31,390 bases of DNA from a virus (taxonomy: Duplodnaviria; Caudoviricetes): the IMG/VR virus record IMGVR_UViG_3300037515_000373, positions 1-31,390 of that record; one strand, 5' to 3'. The notes under the pieces were generated by a model that was given only the letters and a program-made list of their open reading frames with translations, had not been told where the DNA came from and did no database searches. The position numbers and the translations under genes are program-made. Below, piece after piece: positions 8,927-17,881 of the stretch (its first letter is position 1; each line of letters begins with the position of its first letter).

Positions 8927-10435
8927 ATGGCTAGACAACGCGGCATGCTGCCTCGTGAAATCGCCGGGCTACCCGAGCACGGTGTGTGTCAGTGCGGAGT
9001 AGCGCTCATCCGATGGCCCAACCGCCCACCACAGTACGACACGCCAGAGGCCAAGACATGGCTTCACAACCCCGACACAGGGTTTCGCTACCGCGTATGT
9101 AAGGACACCCCCATGGCTGCCAAACCTGTTGCTGACTCCGTCTCTGATAGCGAAGAATTCTTTGCGCTCACTGCCGATGACATGCGTGAAGATCTGGAAG
9201 CGGTGATGACCGAGCTAGCCAACCTCACCGACATACTCGTCAGCGCGGAAAGACTGCTGGCGCAGGATATTTGGCATCAAGCGCATGACCTAGATTTAGG
9301 CGTGGAAGCAGAGAGGCTCTACCAAGCTGGTCAGCAAGAAGGGTTTTGGGATGACCCCCGCATAGAGCCGGAAATCGTGGAGCCCGACCCGCTGATCGTA
9401 CAAATGGGCTGGGACGCATATCATCTCACTGACTCGCAGGTTGAGTTTCTTGCCGGGCGCAGCCGCACCAAGTTTATGATTGAGCAACTACGCGAGCAGG
9501 TTACACCAATACTCACCAGCAACGACACTGAGTTGATACCTGGGGCTCAAGGTTTTCTGGACTCGCTGGATGAGATCAAACCCGTTGTGACGCAAGAGGA
9601 TTTCTTCGCCGAAGGGCCGCGCGACGACACGCCGTTGCTCACTGACCTGAAAGCCATGGTGCGCCAGCATGCCACCTCGCATCCCCGGCACGCGCAGATA
9701 CGCCTGGGGCCGTCGGAGGTAGGACACCCGTGCGCGCGCAAAGTCATCAGCGGCTTGATCGGTCAGGATGCCCGCGACAATGAGGCCAATCCGGCATTCG
9801 ACGTGCTGCCATCCTACATCGGGGTGGCCAGCCACAAGGCCATGGAAGACGCTGTAGCCCTAGACAATGCACGGCTGGAAGCAGAGGGCATGCCGCCCCG
9901 TTGGTTCTCAGAGCGCAAGGTGACAGTGTCCGAAGGGCTCAGTGGCACATGCGATTTGTATGATTTACATACCGGAACAATTGTGGATTTCAAGTTCCCC
10001 GGCGTCACACGCATGACGCAGTATCGCAAGGCTGTTGCTGCCGGGCAGGCTCCGAACATGGTGTACCGCATCCAAAGCCACTTGTACGGCAAGGGGTATC
10101 GCAATGAGGGCTACGACGTGAAAAACGTGGGCATCTGGTTTCTGCCGCGTTCCGGCACCCTGTCCACGTCGTTACTGTGGGTTGAGCCCTACAGTGAAGA
10201 TCTTGTGCAAGAGCAGCTTTCGCGCCTAGAGGATCTGATCATCCTGCTGCATGATCTGGAACTGGAGCGCCATCCCGAGCGGCTGGCGATGATCCCGATC
10301 ACCCCGCACGAGTGCTCCCTGTGCCCCCACTTCTCGGTCAATCCGCAACGCAGCGCGGGTAATCCGTTCGCCTGCCTGGGCGGGGCTGAATATCAGCCGA
10401 AGATCACGGATCACTCTGGGGCGGTAGTGATATGA
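8927..10435 (+). CDS. Cas4-like PD-(D/E)XK exonuclease with long N-terminal extension
   Basis: GPSEVGHPCARK; GTCDLYD...IVDFK; YRIQSHLYG; C-terminal CSLC...C (1+3 Cys Fe-S pattern). Confidence 0.85.
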   Translation: MARQRGMLPREIAGLPEHGVCQCGVALIRWPNRPPQYDTPEAKTWLHNPDTGFRYRVCKDTPMAAKPVADSVSDSEEFFALTADDMREDLEAVMTELANLTDILVSAERLLAQDIWHQAHDLDLGVEAERLYQAGQQEGFWDDPRIEPEIVEPDPLIVQMGWDAYHLTDSQVEFLAGRSRTKFMIEQLREQVTPILTSNDTELIPGAQGFLDSLDEIKPVVTQEDFFAEGPRDDTPLLTDLKAMVRQHATSHPRHAQIRLGPSEVGHPCARKVISGLIGQDARDNEANPAFDVLPSYIGVASHKAMEDAVALDNARLEAEGMPPRWFSERKVTVSEGLSGTCDLYDLHTGTIVDFKFPGVTRMTQYRKAVAAGQAPNMVYRIQSHLYGKGYRNEGYDVKNVGIWFLPRSGTLSTSLLWVEPYSEDLVQEQLSRLEDLIILLHDLELERHPERLAMIPITPHECSLCPHFSVNPQRSAGNPFACLGGAEYQPKITDHSGAVVI

Positions 10436-10605
10436 GCACTTATGCCGTAAGCGGTTTTCTGTGGTTGATGATCGCGCTGACGTGGATGCTGCCGGTGGAA
10501 CTGCGAGCAATCATCGGTGGCCTAGGCGTGCTCGTCGGTGCGCAGTTCGCGCTGTGGAATGTCCAGTGGCGCATAGTGTTGCGTCGAGAGAAAGGGATCA
10601 AATGA
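10432..10605 (+). CDS. small membrane protein (57 aa)
   Basis: ATGA overlaps at both ends; hydrophobic. Confidence 0.6.
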   Translation: MSTYAVSGFLWLMIALTWMLPVELRAIIGGLGVLVGAQFALWNVQWRIVLRREKGIK

Positions 10606-10910
10606 GTAATGAACATATCGACACCGTATTGCGCACCATGGACGAAATCAGCATAAGCATCAATGGTGTTATTGCGAAGAGCGAGAAGCAACGTACCGAA
10701 ATCAAGGAACGCTTCGAAGCGCTACGCAGTCAAGATACTGAACTTGCCGACACGATTGCATTGGCGCGCAAGCAGTTAGAGCGATTACAGAAAGCCGCCG
10801 AGGTGCTTGCCGGTGGTAGCCCATTAGAGCCCACAAAGGCTACCGAGACTGGGCTTTCTCGCGGCCTCATAGAGGCCGAACGCCGCTCCATGGAATTCGG
10901 GCGGCGATGA
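10602..10910 (+). CDS. coiled-coil hypothetical protein
   Basis: RBS AAAGGGA before ATG 10602; heptad-like helix. Confidence 0.7.
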   Translation: MSNEHIDTVLRTMDEISISINGVIAKSEKQRTEIKERFEALRSQDTELADTIALARKQLERLQKAAEVLAGGSPLEPTKATETGLSRGLIEAERRSMEFGRR

Positions 10911-11164
10911 AATCCCTTGCCGGATTCAAGGTTTCGCAGCACATCCGCTTTCGCCAGCATCCCACGATGACGGCATGCTGGGCGTGGACGGGCTATGTCA
11001 GCCCTGCCGGTCTAGCGCAGGCATGCGGCACCACGGCACGCCGGGTGGTGTGGACGAAGATGCGCGGATACCTGCGTGATGACGAAAGGTTGCACGATCT
11101 GTGCGGCTATGACGACTGCGTGAATCCGCATCACATGAGAGTGAGGGTGTGTCATATTGCCTGA
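10907..11164 (+). CDS. HNH endonuclease-like protein, possibly degenerate
   Basis: CWAWTG...LHDLCGYDDCVNPHHM; ends before the usual final Asn. Confidence 0.7.
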   Translation: MKSLAGFKVSQHIRFRQHPTMTACWAWTGYVSPAGLAQACGTTARRVVWTKMRGYLRDDERLHDLCGYDDCVNPHHMRVRVCHIA

Positions 11165-11244
11165 GTAGACTACTGATCAGCCGCTAATAGGCTGCGAGCG
11201 GCAGCAGCACAGGAAACAACGAAAAGTAAAGGAACACAGGAACA

Positions 11245-11919
11245 ATGGCTACAAAGGACAGTGAAGCATTTTTCGCCGGTGGCTCACCTTCGGCGAAGTT
11301 CGACACAGCCGGTACTACGGTCACGGGCACGATCACCGAAGAGCCGGTGATGCAGCAGCAGACCACACCCGAGGGCAAGCTGAAGACATGGGACGACGGA
11401 GCGCCCATGAATCAACTGGTGGTCAATCTGCAAACGACACAGCGTGACCCCGAGATCGAAGACGACGACGGCATTCGCCGCCTGTACATCAAGAGGCAGA
11501 TGCGCACGGCTGTGCAGACGGCGCTACGGGAAGCTGGCGCAAAGGGTTTGGATGTCGGCGGTACGCTGACCGTCACCTACACCCACGACGGCGAGCGCAC
11601 CAATCCTGCGTTCAGCCCGCCGAAACAGTATGTGGCGCAATACGTGAAGCCAACTGCCGACCAGGCCGGTTTCTTCGGCGGTGGGGCTGTGGTAGGCAAT
11701 GCCACCAACGGCGCTGCTGCTGCTCCCCAGGTGCCCGCTGCGGCTCTGGCGGCAGGGATCACGGCAGAGGCATGGGTGCTGCTGCCTGCGGCTGCACAGG
11801 CGGCATTCGTCGCCGCTGCCGCCCCGGCTCTACCTCCCATGCCGCCCGGCATGACGGCTGATGTGTGGGCGGGCTTGACACCGGAGGCGCGCGCGGCGCT
11901 GAGCGGGCTGGTCAAGTAG
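11245..11919 (+). CDS. putative single-stranded DNA-binding protein (actinophage type)
   Basis: SAKFDTAGTTVTGTI...TWDDG.PMNQLVV.LQT...DDDGIRRLYIK; strong RBS; near exonuclease. Confidence 0.7.
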   Translation: MATKDSEAFFAGGSPSAKFDTAGTTVTGTITEEPVMQQQTTPEGKLKTWDDGAPMNQLVVNLQTTQRDPEIEDDDGIRRLYIKRQMRTAVQTALREAGAKGLDVGGTLTVTYTHDGERTNPAFSPPKQYVAQYVKPTADQAGFFGGGAVVGNATNGAAAAPQVPAAALAAGITAEAWVLLPAAAQAAFVAAAAPALPPMPPGMTADVWAGLTPEARAALSGLVK

Positions 11920-11926
11920 AGAAACC

Positions 11927-11976
11927 CCCTCCCTGCGTCAACCCCCCGGTCCCCCCATCGGATGGCGCAGGGAGGG
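11927..11976 (+). terminator. GC-rich stem-loop, probable terminator or processing site
   Basis: CCCTCCCTGCGTCA (11927-11940) pairs with TGGCGCAGGGAGGG (11963-11976) just after the stop codon. Confidence 0.6.
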
Positions 11977-12025
11977 CTTCTCCAGTTCTCAAGGGAGAGA
12001 ACAAGTTATGAAAGGGGAAGATGAG

Positions 12026-12154
12026 ATGGACTGGGAGAAGTGGGACCAGCCGTCGTGGCCGATACTCATCGGTCTGATAGCTGCTATGACGCCTGTGGTT
12101 GGACTGTTGGCTTGGGGGCTGCTCTCGCTGCTGCCCGCTGGCGGCTGTAGCTGA
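12026..12154 (+). CDS. small membrane protein (42 aa)
   Basis: RBS AGGGG; single hydrophobic segment. Confidence 0.5.
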   Translation: MDWEKWDQPSWPILIGLIAAMTPVVGLLAWGLLSLLPAGGCS

Positions 12155-12177
12155 CGTAATCGAAAGGTTATCGGCAT

Positions 12178-12402
12178 ATGCGCCAAGTGGTTTCATGCTA
12201 TGTGTACACCACACAGCGGATCTGCGCCTACGTGTGGCACGGTGAGCAACCGCTGGCCATCTGGGATCTCGTGATGGTGCGCAATCCTATTGCGGCACAA
12301 AGGCATACCATCCCCACTGTTGCCGCCGTAGTGGTGGAACTGGACCCCGACTACAGCGGCTATCTCGTCATCATCGAATCCAAGCTAGGGAACATTGTAT
12401 GA
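12178..12402 (+). CDS. hypothetical protein
   Basis: ORF track; RBS AAAGG. Confidence 0.6.
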   Translation: MRQVVSCYVYTTQRICAYVWHGEQPLAIWDLVMVRNPIAAQRHTIPTVAAVVVELDPDYSGYLVIIESKLGNIV

Positions 12403-12515
12403 ACGACCCCATCATCTTCATCACGTGGCGCGACTGGCTGGCTCTCGCGGGGATTATTATCGGCGCTCTCGTCTTAGGCGGCATTGCCGTCTACTGCCGA
12501 ACTAGGTGGTTCTAA
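12399..12515 (+). CDS. small membrane protein (38 aa)
   Basis: ATGA and TAATG overlaps; hydrophobic. Confidence 0.55.
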   Translation: MNDPIIFITWRDWLALAGIIIGALVLGGIAVYCRTRWF

Positions 12516-12859
12516 TGCCATTACCACCTGAGTGGGGCGGCATGATCTCGCCCGAGCAGCATCCCAATCCTCATGTGTCGCTGGAGGATTACCGGCGCGG
12601 CCTGAATGCCATGATCGACATCTGCACCAGGAACGACACCGCTGACGATGAGCTAGCCGTCATCGAAAATGTTGCGAGCCTTGTCCATGTCGGCATGGAC
12701 GACAACCATGTTCGCCACCTTCTCGGCTGGGCACTGGTGCGGCTGGCCAAGATCAGCATTGCCGATGCGGCTTATGAAGAGGCGCTGAAGAATCGCGTAC
12801 ACGGAAGCATTGCAGCTAATCGATATCTCACTGCGGTACAGGAGGCGATACAGCCATGA
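12515..12859 (+). CDS. hypothetical protein
   Basis: TAATG overlap. Confidence 0.7.
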   Translation: MPLPPEWGGMISPEQHPNPHVSLEDYRRGLNAMIDICTRNDTADDELAVIENVASLVHVGMDDNHVRHLLGWALVRLAKISIADAAYEEALKNRVHGSIAANRYLTAVQEAIQP

Positions 12860-13038
12860 AAAACATATTCTGCCGCTTCGTTTTTGCCAACGGAGAGGGC
12901 TTTTGGGTGCGGCGCGATTTCATCGAAGCGGTGTTCGCCCATAAGGGGAAAACCGTTGTGCGCGTTGCGGGTGTGCAGTACGCCGTCGATCACACCGTGG
13001 CCCAGGCCATGCTGATTGTGGAAGGGATAAGCGAATGA
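12856..13038 (+). CDS. hypothetical protein
   Basis: ATGA overlap, RBS GGAGG. Confidence 0.7.
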   Translation: MKNIFCRFVFANGEGFWVRRDFIEAVFAHKGKTVVRVAGVQYAVDHTVAQAMLIVEGISE

Positions 13039-13196
13039 TCAGTGAACGCGAACGCATTGCGAGAATCATTCTCGGACATCCGCGTAACGTCGGTAATGCA
13101 CCAGGCGCGTGCCTATGCAGCCCTGGTGTGATGCGCAACGCCTACGATCATGCACTGCACGTCGCTGACCGCATCCAGCGCAGGCGGGAGGACTGA
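13035..13196 (+). CDS. small hypothetical protein with H/C metal-binding motif (53 aa)
   Basis: ATGA overlap; CLC...HALH. Confidence 0.55.
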   Translation: MISERERIARIILGHPRNVGNAPGACLCSPGVMRNAYDHALHVADRIQRRRED

Positions 13197-13426
13197 TGAA
13201 ACATTGGAGGCACCTAGATGCCGAATCCCTTGCGCGCCAAGGGTTAGCGACTAACCCCACCATCACCGTGTACGAAATGCTGGATGGTCAAGAATTCAAC
13301 CGGCGTCCCGCTAATCCGTGGTTGGGCGTTCGATTGTCATTCGACAAACTAGGAGAAGCGGCAGGCAGGGCTAGTGAGTCACTTTCTGCACTTGGGGAAT
13401 CGCTGGGGAGGATTAATGAAACCTGA
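13196..13426 (+). CDS. hypothetical protein
   Basis: TGATG overlap, RBS GGAGG. Confidence 0.65.
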   Translation: MKHWRHLDAESLARQGLATNPTITVYEMLDGQEFNRRPANPWLGVRLSFDKLGEAAGRASESLSALGESLGRINET

Positions 13427-13577
13427 AGTGCTGCATAGTCAATTGACTGCCATGATTCCCGATGCGCGCGAAATCGTGATCACCAATGTGTATCACAACA
13501 CGTTTGCGTTCACAGCGCACTTCGCAGACGGCAGTTGGTTGTCATGCATCCATGCCGTATGGAGGGAGCCGCGCTGA
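13416..13577 (+). CDS. hypothetical protein
   Basis: RBS GGAGG. Confidence 0.6.
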   Translation: MKPEVLHSQLTAMIPDAREIVITNVYHNTFAFTAHFADGSWLSCIHAVWREPR

Positions 13578-13816
13578 TGGGTAAGAGCATTGATTCACCG
13601 ACCATCGCGAACTTCAGCGAGCCGAAAACATCGGTGCCGGTGATGACCGAGCAGGGGCCGATGATCGTGGACATGACCGAAATTCTCAAACACCTTGGTA
13701 CACAAGAACTCCGTAAAGGTGACGTGCTGTCCATTCGGGGCTACCGGGACGCACGTGGCAAGATCGTGCCCGACTACGACAGCGTCCAGATCGTCACACA
13801 GAAAGAGGGTGGCTGA
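13577..13816 (+). CDS. hypothetical protein
   Basis: TGATG overlap, RBS GGAG. Confidence 0.65.
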   Translation: MGKSIDSPTIANFSEPKTSVPVMTEQGPMIVDMTEILKHLGTQELRKGDVLSIRGYRDARGKIVPDYDSVQIVTQKEGG

Positions 13817-13944
13817 TGGATACACCCATCTACTGGCGGTTGGTCAATGAGCTAGGTGATCCGATGTTCTATGCCGCAGCTATCGCCTCATGGGTTGAAA
13901 GTTCTTCCCGCTACATGCATTTACGAATTGAGGTAGTGCAGTGA
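13816..13944 (+). CDS. small hypothetical protein (42 aa), paralog of next gene
   Basis: MDTPIYWRLVNELGDP...; TGATG overlap. Confidence 0.6.
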   Translation: MDTPIYWRLVNELGDPMFYAAAIASWVESSSRYMHLRIEVVQ

Positions 13945-14102
13945 ATACGCCCATCTACGCGAGATGTGTTGAGGTCTACGGTGATCCGCAGATGCACCTG
14001 GAGTATTTGCGCAAGCGGTACGCGATGTTCCGGCTGGACAGGATGATCGGCAACGTCAACAACATGCTGTGCAGCATTATGGGCTTACTGGAGATCTTCT
14101 GA
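13941..14102 (+). CDS. small hypothetical protein (53 aa)
   Basis: MNTPIYARCVEVYGDP...; GTGA overlap, RBS GAGG. Confidence 0.6.
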   Translation: MNTPIYARCVEVYGDPQMHLEYLRKRYAMFRLDRMIGNVNNMLCSIMGLLEIF

Positions 14103-14227
14103 TGTGCGACGACGAAAACCATTGCACCATATGCAATTCCCTATGTGACGACAGCGGGCTATGCGATTTTCACAAGTGGGACGACCAGCCGTTGCAGTAC
14201 TACTACACGAGTGAGGACGCAGAATGA
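14102..14227 (+). CDS. small Cys-rich protein (41 aa)
   Basis: HCTIC...LCDFH; overlaps at both ends. Confidence 0.55.
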   Translation: MCDDENHCTICNSLCDDSGLCDFHKWDDQPLQYYYTSEDAE

Positions 14228-14367
14228 AATTCCTCAACTACGATTCGGCGAAAGGCTTTGGCGCACGCAGGTTTCGGCTGTTTCACGGGCACAGCGGCAG
14301 GCTGCTCGGCGTCCACTGGCAGTGCGGATCGCGGTGCCACACATGGCTTTTCAGATTGGAGAGGTGA
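14224..14367 (+). CDS. small hypothetical protein (47 aa)
   Basis: ATGA overlap, RBS GAGG. Confidence 0.5.
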   Translation: MKFLNYDSAKGFGARRFRLFHGHSGRLLGVHWQCGSRCHTWLFRLER

Positions 14368-14369
14368 GT

Positions 14370-14597
14370 ATGCGTGAACAAACGACAAGCACCCTATGGG
14401 TATGCGACGGGGGCGATTGCGAGAACTCCCAAACACTGACAGGCGGCTATCAGAACACCCCACCGCAAGGTTGGCGCATCATTGAGATTCTGCCCGTCAA
14501 CCTGAATATGGCGCTGAAGCCACCCCCAGACCTCACGCGTGAACTGCTTTCGCTGTGCCCCAACTGTTTTAACAAGCTAGGAGATCTGATCGCATGA
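14370..14597 (+). CDS. small Zn-finger-like protein
   Basis: VCDGGDC...PQGW...LCPNC; RBS GAGGTG. Confidence 0.7.
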   Translation: MREQTTSTLWVCDGGDCENSQTLTGGYQNTPPQGWRIIEILPVNLNMALKPPPDLTRELLSLCPNCFNKLGDLIA

Positions 14598-14992
14598 GTG
14601 ATCCACGCGCTGACTGCTGGGAACTGGCCGGGGAATGCATGGCCGAAGCCGACAAGGTGATCGCCCGGCTGAAGTTCAATCCGCACACCCACACTGCCGC
14701 TGAGATACCCGCTGCCGTCGCGCTGTACATGGCGCGGGCGCAGATACTTGCCACCCTGGCAACGGTGCCCTACGACGCCGTACAGAGTGGGGTAATAGAC
14801 GGACTAGTCGCGCAGCAGCGTGCGCGGCGCACCCGCGAGCGTGCCAACGAGATCATGCGAAAAGCCAAGGCGCGCAAGCCTGATCCGTTAAAACAAATGC
14901 GGTGCGGCAACTGCGATGGTGTGCTTCCCAATGGCTGCACGTGCAACACCGCCGACATGATCGCGAACAGCGACGACGGGCACCATCAATGA
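14594..14992 (+). CDS. hypothetical protein
   Basis: ATGA overlap; C-terminal CGNC...CTC. Confidence 0.7.
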   Translation: MSDPRADCWELAGECMAEADKVIARLKFNPHTHTAAEIPAAVALYMARAQILATLATVPYDAVQSGVIDGLVAQQRARRTRERANEIMRKAKARKPDPLKQMRCGNCDGVLPNGCTCNTADMIANSDDGHHQ

Positions 14993-15441
14993 GAGTCGGG
15001 ATCACCGCCACCCGCTACCCGCCCACCGTGCGGCAGCGAAAGCTGTTGCACCGCACTCTACGTGACGGCTTACACGAAGACGACGACCTGATCACCGAGC
15101 TACACCACGGAGCATGCACAGGCGGCGATGCGCTCGCCCACGAGATCGCGTTGCTAATGGACCTGTTCATCTACGTTCACCCGCCCATCAACCCGCGCTG
15201 GCTGTACTACGAGGCTGTGTTGAACCCCGGCCCCAAAGTCATTGTGCTGCCCGCCAAGGGCTATCACGAGCGCAACGACGACATCGTTGCTGCCAGCGCC
15301 GCCATGATCGTCATGCCCAACAGCTACGAACCGCAGCCGCATTCGGGCACCTGGAGCACCTACGCGAAAGCTGTTGAGGCGCACAAACCTACGCTGATGA
15401 TCTTCCCCGATGGCACCTCGCGATATGACGGCAATGAGTGA
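14989..15441 (+). CDS. SLOG superfamily (DprA/YspA-like) protein
   Basis: VGITATR, LHHGACTGGDALA, ERNDDIV, SGTWST motifs. Confidence 0.85.
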   Translation: MRVGITATRYPPTVRQRKLLHRTLRDGLHEDDDLITELHHGACTGGDALAHEIALLMDLFIYVHPPINPRWLYYEAVLNPGPKVIVLPAKGYHERNDDIVAASAAMIVMPNSYEPQPHSGTWSTYAKAVEAHKPTLMIFPDGTSRYDGNE

Positions 15442-17872
15442 GGTCGCAGAGTATCTAGACATACTCGACTACCAGCCCGGCGAATTAGTCGGCCTGTTCT
15501 GGAAACGCGGCGACGACCAGGAAACCGCCGTATTGCCCTTTGCCGCAGTCGAATACGCCATCAGCCAGATAGATCGAAGCTATGACATCTATCTAGCGCC
15601 GAATCCCACGAAAGGGCCGCCGCGAACATCGAAGCAGGGTAAAGGCTTTGGTGGCAGAGGCAAAGAGGCTGACGTGACACGGGTGCTGGCCGTCTACGCT
15701 GATCTGGATATCAAGCCCGGTGCCTGTCCCGATTTCGAATCGGCCATAGACATCACCAAAGAGGTATCGGGCATCATCGGAATAGAGCCTGTCGCAACGA
15801 TATTCAGCGGTGGCGGCATTCAGCCCATCTGGAAGCTAGACGACTGCGACCCCGCCATCGGGAAAAGACTATTGGCACGTTTCGGGCGGCTGGTGAAAAC
15901 CGTTGCCGCTGCACGAGATATCACCGTGGACAGTGTTTTTGACACGGCGCGGGTGCTGCGGGTGCCGGGCAGCCTCAACCATAAATACAACCCCGCCCGC
16001 GAAGCTGCATTGATCGTCGGGCGCGGGGCACCCATTGACCCTGACACCCTTTCCGAGCGCCTAGACGAGGTCGGTATTGCCGACATAGACGACGATGACG
16101 AGCTAGGTGCCGATGTGGTTGCCCGGCCCTCAGATTCGCCGTGGGCCACCGAAACATGCGCCTACATGCTCAGCGTCATCGAAGAGTGGAAGCGCGAGCA
16201 GGTCACCGACCGGCACCCGTGGCTGCTGTGTCAGCTTGTGCGCCTGGAATGCGCACGCCGGTACGCCTGCCTGACTGAAACCGATTACCGGCGCGCACAC
16301 AACGTTCTGGAAATCCGCTTCCGCAACGAAGGCGCCCGCCCCGGCGACGAAAGGACCATCCCGCGCCTAGAGATCAGCGACCTACGGGCAGAAGCGGATT
16401 CACGAGCCTCGCGCAAAACCGATGCGCAACTGAGCATTGAGCTAGGCGGCGACACCGGCCACACCCACAGCCTGGATGCGCTGGTAGCCAATATGACATT
16501 CGATCAGACGGTGCTGGCGCAGGCGGTGCTATCGGGGGGTGAGGTCGGTGTCAGCGCTGCTGCTGTGTTGCCATCGGGCGGCGAACCACCCGAGCGTCCC
16601 GAGATCATCGCGGGCATTGTCGAGACGGAGCAGAACTTCTGGGACAGCCGCGATTCACTGAAAAGCATTTACGAGTACGCACTTTCGCGCACAGCTAGCC
16701 CATGGTCTGTGCTGGGGTGTTGTGCGGCAACAGCTTTGGCATGGGTGCGACCAACGGCCACACTGGAGGCACTGGTTGGTGCCGGGCCGGGCTCGCTCAA
16801 CTGGTTCTGCTGCCTGGCAGCGGGCAGCGGTGGCGGTAAATCGACGTCATGGGCCACGGCGCGGCGCATCATGCCCGACAACGCCCGCACCCGCACCATC
16901 GGCGTCGGCAGCGGTGAAGGACTGCTGGAGGCGTTCGCACGGCGCGGCAAGGACGCCAACGGGGCCGCACAGATGAGTGTGCGGGAATCGCTGCTCGTCA
17001 ACATCGATGAAGTGGATTCACTGGCAGCCCAGAAGAGCCGCAGTGGATCGACATTGATCCCGCTGCTCAAATCGGCGTTCACCGGAGGTGAGTTGTCGTT
17101 TAGCTATGTCAGCAAGAAATACCCGGTGCTGCGCGATCAGACCTATCGGCTGACGCTGATTGCCAACGTGCAGCCCGGCAAGGCGGGCTGGATCTTCGAA
17201 GATGTGAAAGGTGGCTTCCCCCAACGGTTTATGTGGTTTCCGGCGCGCGATCATCGCATCACCAGGGCGCGCTACCGCAAAGAGGATTTCACACTGGGGC
17301 TGGTGCTGCCAGATGCCAGCGAATATGAGTATCCCAGAACACTTTTCGTGCCTCCGCAGGCAGTAGATGCGGTGATGGATGCACGCATACGGGCCAACAG
17401 TGTCGAGTTCGAAGACGGCTTGGAATCACACATGTTGTTCACACAGCTTAAATTCGCCTACGCGCTGGCGGTGCTTGATGGGCGTGCTGAAATGACGAGT
17501 GAGGACTGGCGGCTGGCGGGCATCGCACAGAACGTGTCGAACCTGACACGCGATTGGGTGCTGACCGGCATACGGGCCGAGCGGGAACGGGAAGATACCG
17601 AGCGGGGCGAGCGTCTGGGAACGGCGCGAGCGGTCAGCGACGCTACCGCGCTGGCGTATTCCACGGATCGTGCGGAGCGCATCATGGGCCGGGTGGCGGT
17701 GCGTATCAGTGAGGCCGGGCAGCAGGGTGCGCCAGATCGCGCGCTGAAGAAAAGCTTTGAGAGCAAGGACCGGCACTATGTCACGGCGGCACTGACCAAG
17801 CTGGCAGCCGAGGGTGTCATCGTGTCGAAAACGACCGGCGAAAGAGGTGGTGTCGCATGGTTTCTCAGGTAG
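15434..17872 (+). CDS. DNA primase (RepB/AEP-like) fused to P-loop helicase-like domain
   Basis: VYADLDIK, FSGGGIQPIW, DTARVLRVPGSLNHK; Walker A GSGGGKST, Walker B LLVNIDE; alternative starts 15410 or 15425. Confidence 0.88.
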   Translation: MSEVAEYLDILDYQPGELVGLFWKRGDDQETAVLPFAAVEYAISQIDRSYDIYLAPNPTKGPPRTSKQGKGFGGRGKEADVTRVLAVYADLDIKPGACPDFESAIDITKEVSGIIGIEPVATIFSGGGIQPIWKLDDCDPAIGKRLLARFGRLVKTVAAARDITVDSVFDTARVLRVPGSLNHKYNPAREAALIVGRGAPIDPDTLSERLDEVGIADIDDDDELGADVVARPSDSPWATETCAYMLSVIEEWKREQVTDRHPWLLCQLVRLECARRYACLTETDYRRAHNVLEIRFRNEGARPGDERTIPRLEISDLRAEADSRASRKTDAQLSIELGGDTGHTHSLDALVANMTFDQTVLAQAVLSGGEVGVSAAAVLPSGGEPPERPEIIAGIVETEQNFWDSRDSLKSIYEYALSRTASPWSVLGCCAATALAWVRPTATLEALVGAGPGSLNWFCCLAAGSGGGKSTSWATARRIMPDNARTRTIGVGSGEGLLEAFARRGKDANGAAQMSVRESLLVNIDEVDSLAAQKSRSGSTLIPLLKSAFTGGELSFSYVSKKYPVLRDQTYRLTLIANVQPGKAGWIFEDVKGGFPQRFMWFPARDHRITRARYRKEDFTLGLVLPDASEYEYPRTLFVPPQAVDAVMDARIRANSVEFEDGLESHMLFTQLKFAYALAVLDGRAEMTSEDWRLAGIAQNVSNLTRDWVLTGIRAEREREDTERGERLGTARAVSDATALAYSTDRAERIMGRVAVRISEAGQQGAPDRALKKSFESKDRHYVTAALTKLAAEGVIVSKTTGERGGVAWFLR

Positions 17873-17881
17873 TCGCCTTAT

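Noticed and set aside
8927-10435. Cas4-like gene as part of a CRISPR-Cas system
   Set aside because: Solo Cas4-like nucleases are common phage recombination genes; no cas1/cas2 or array in the window
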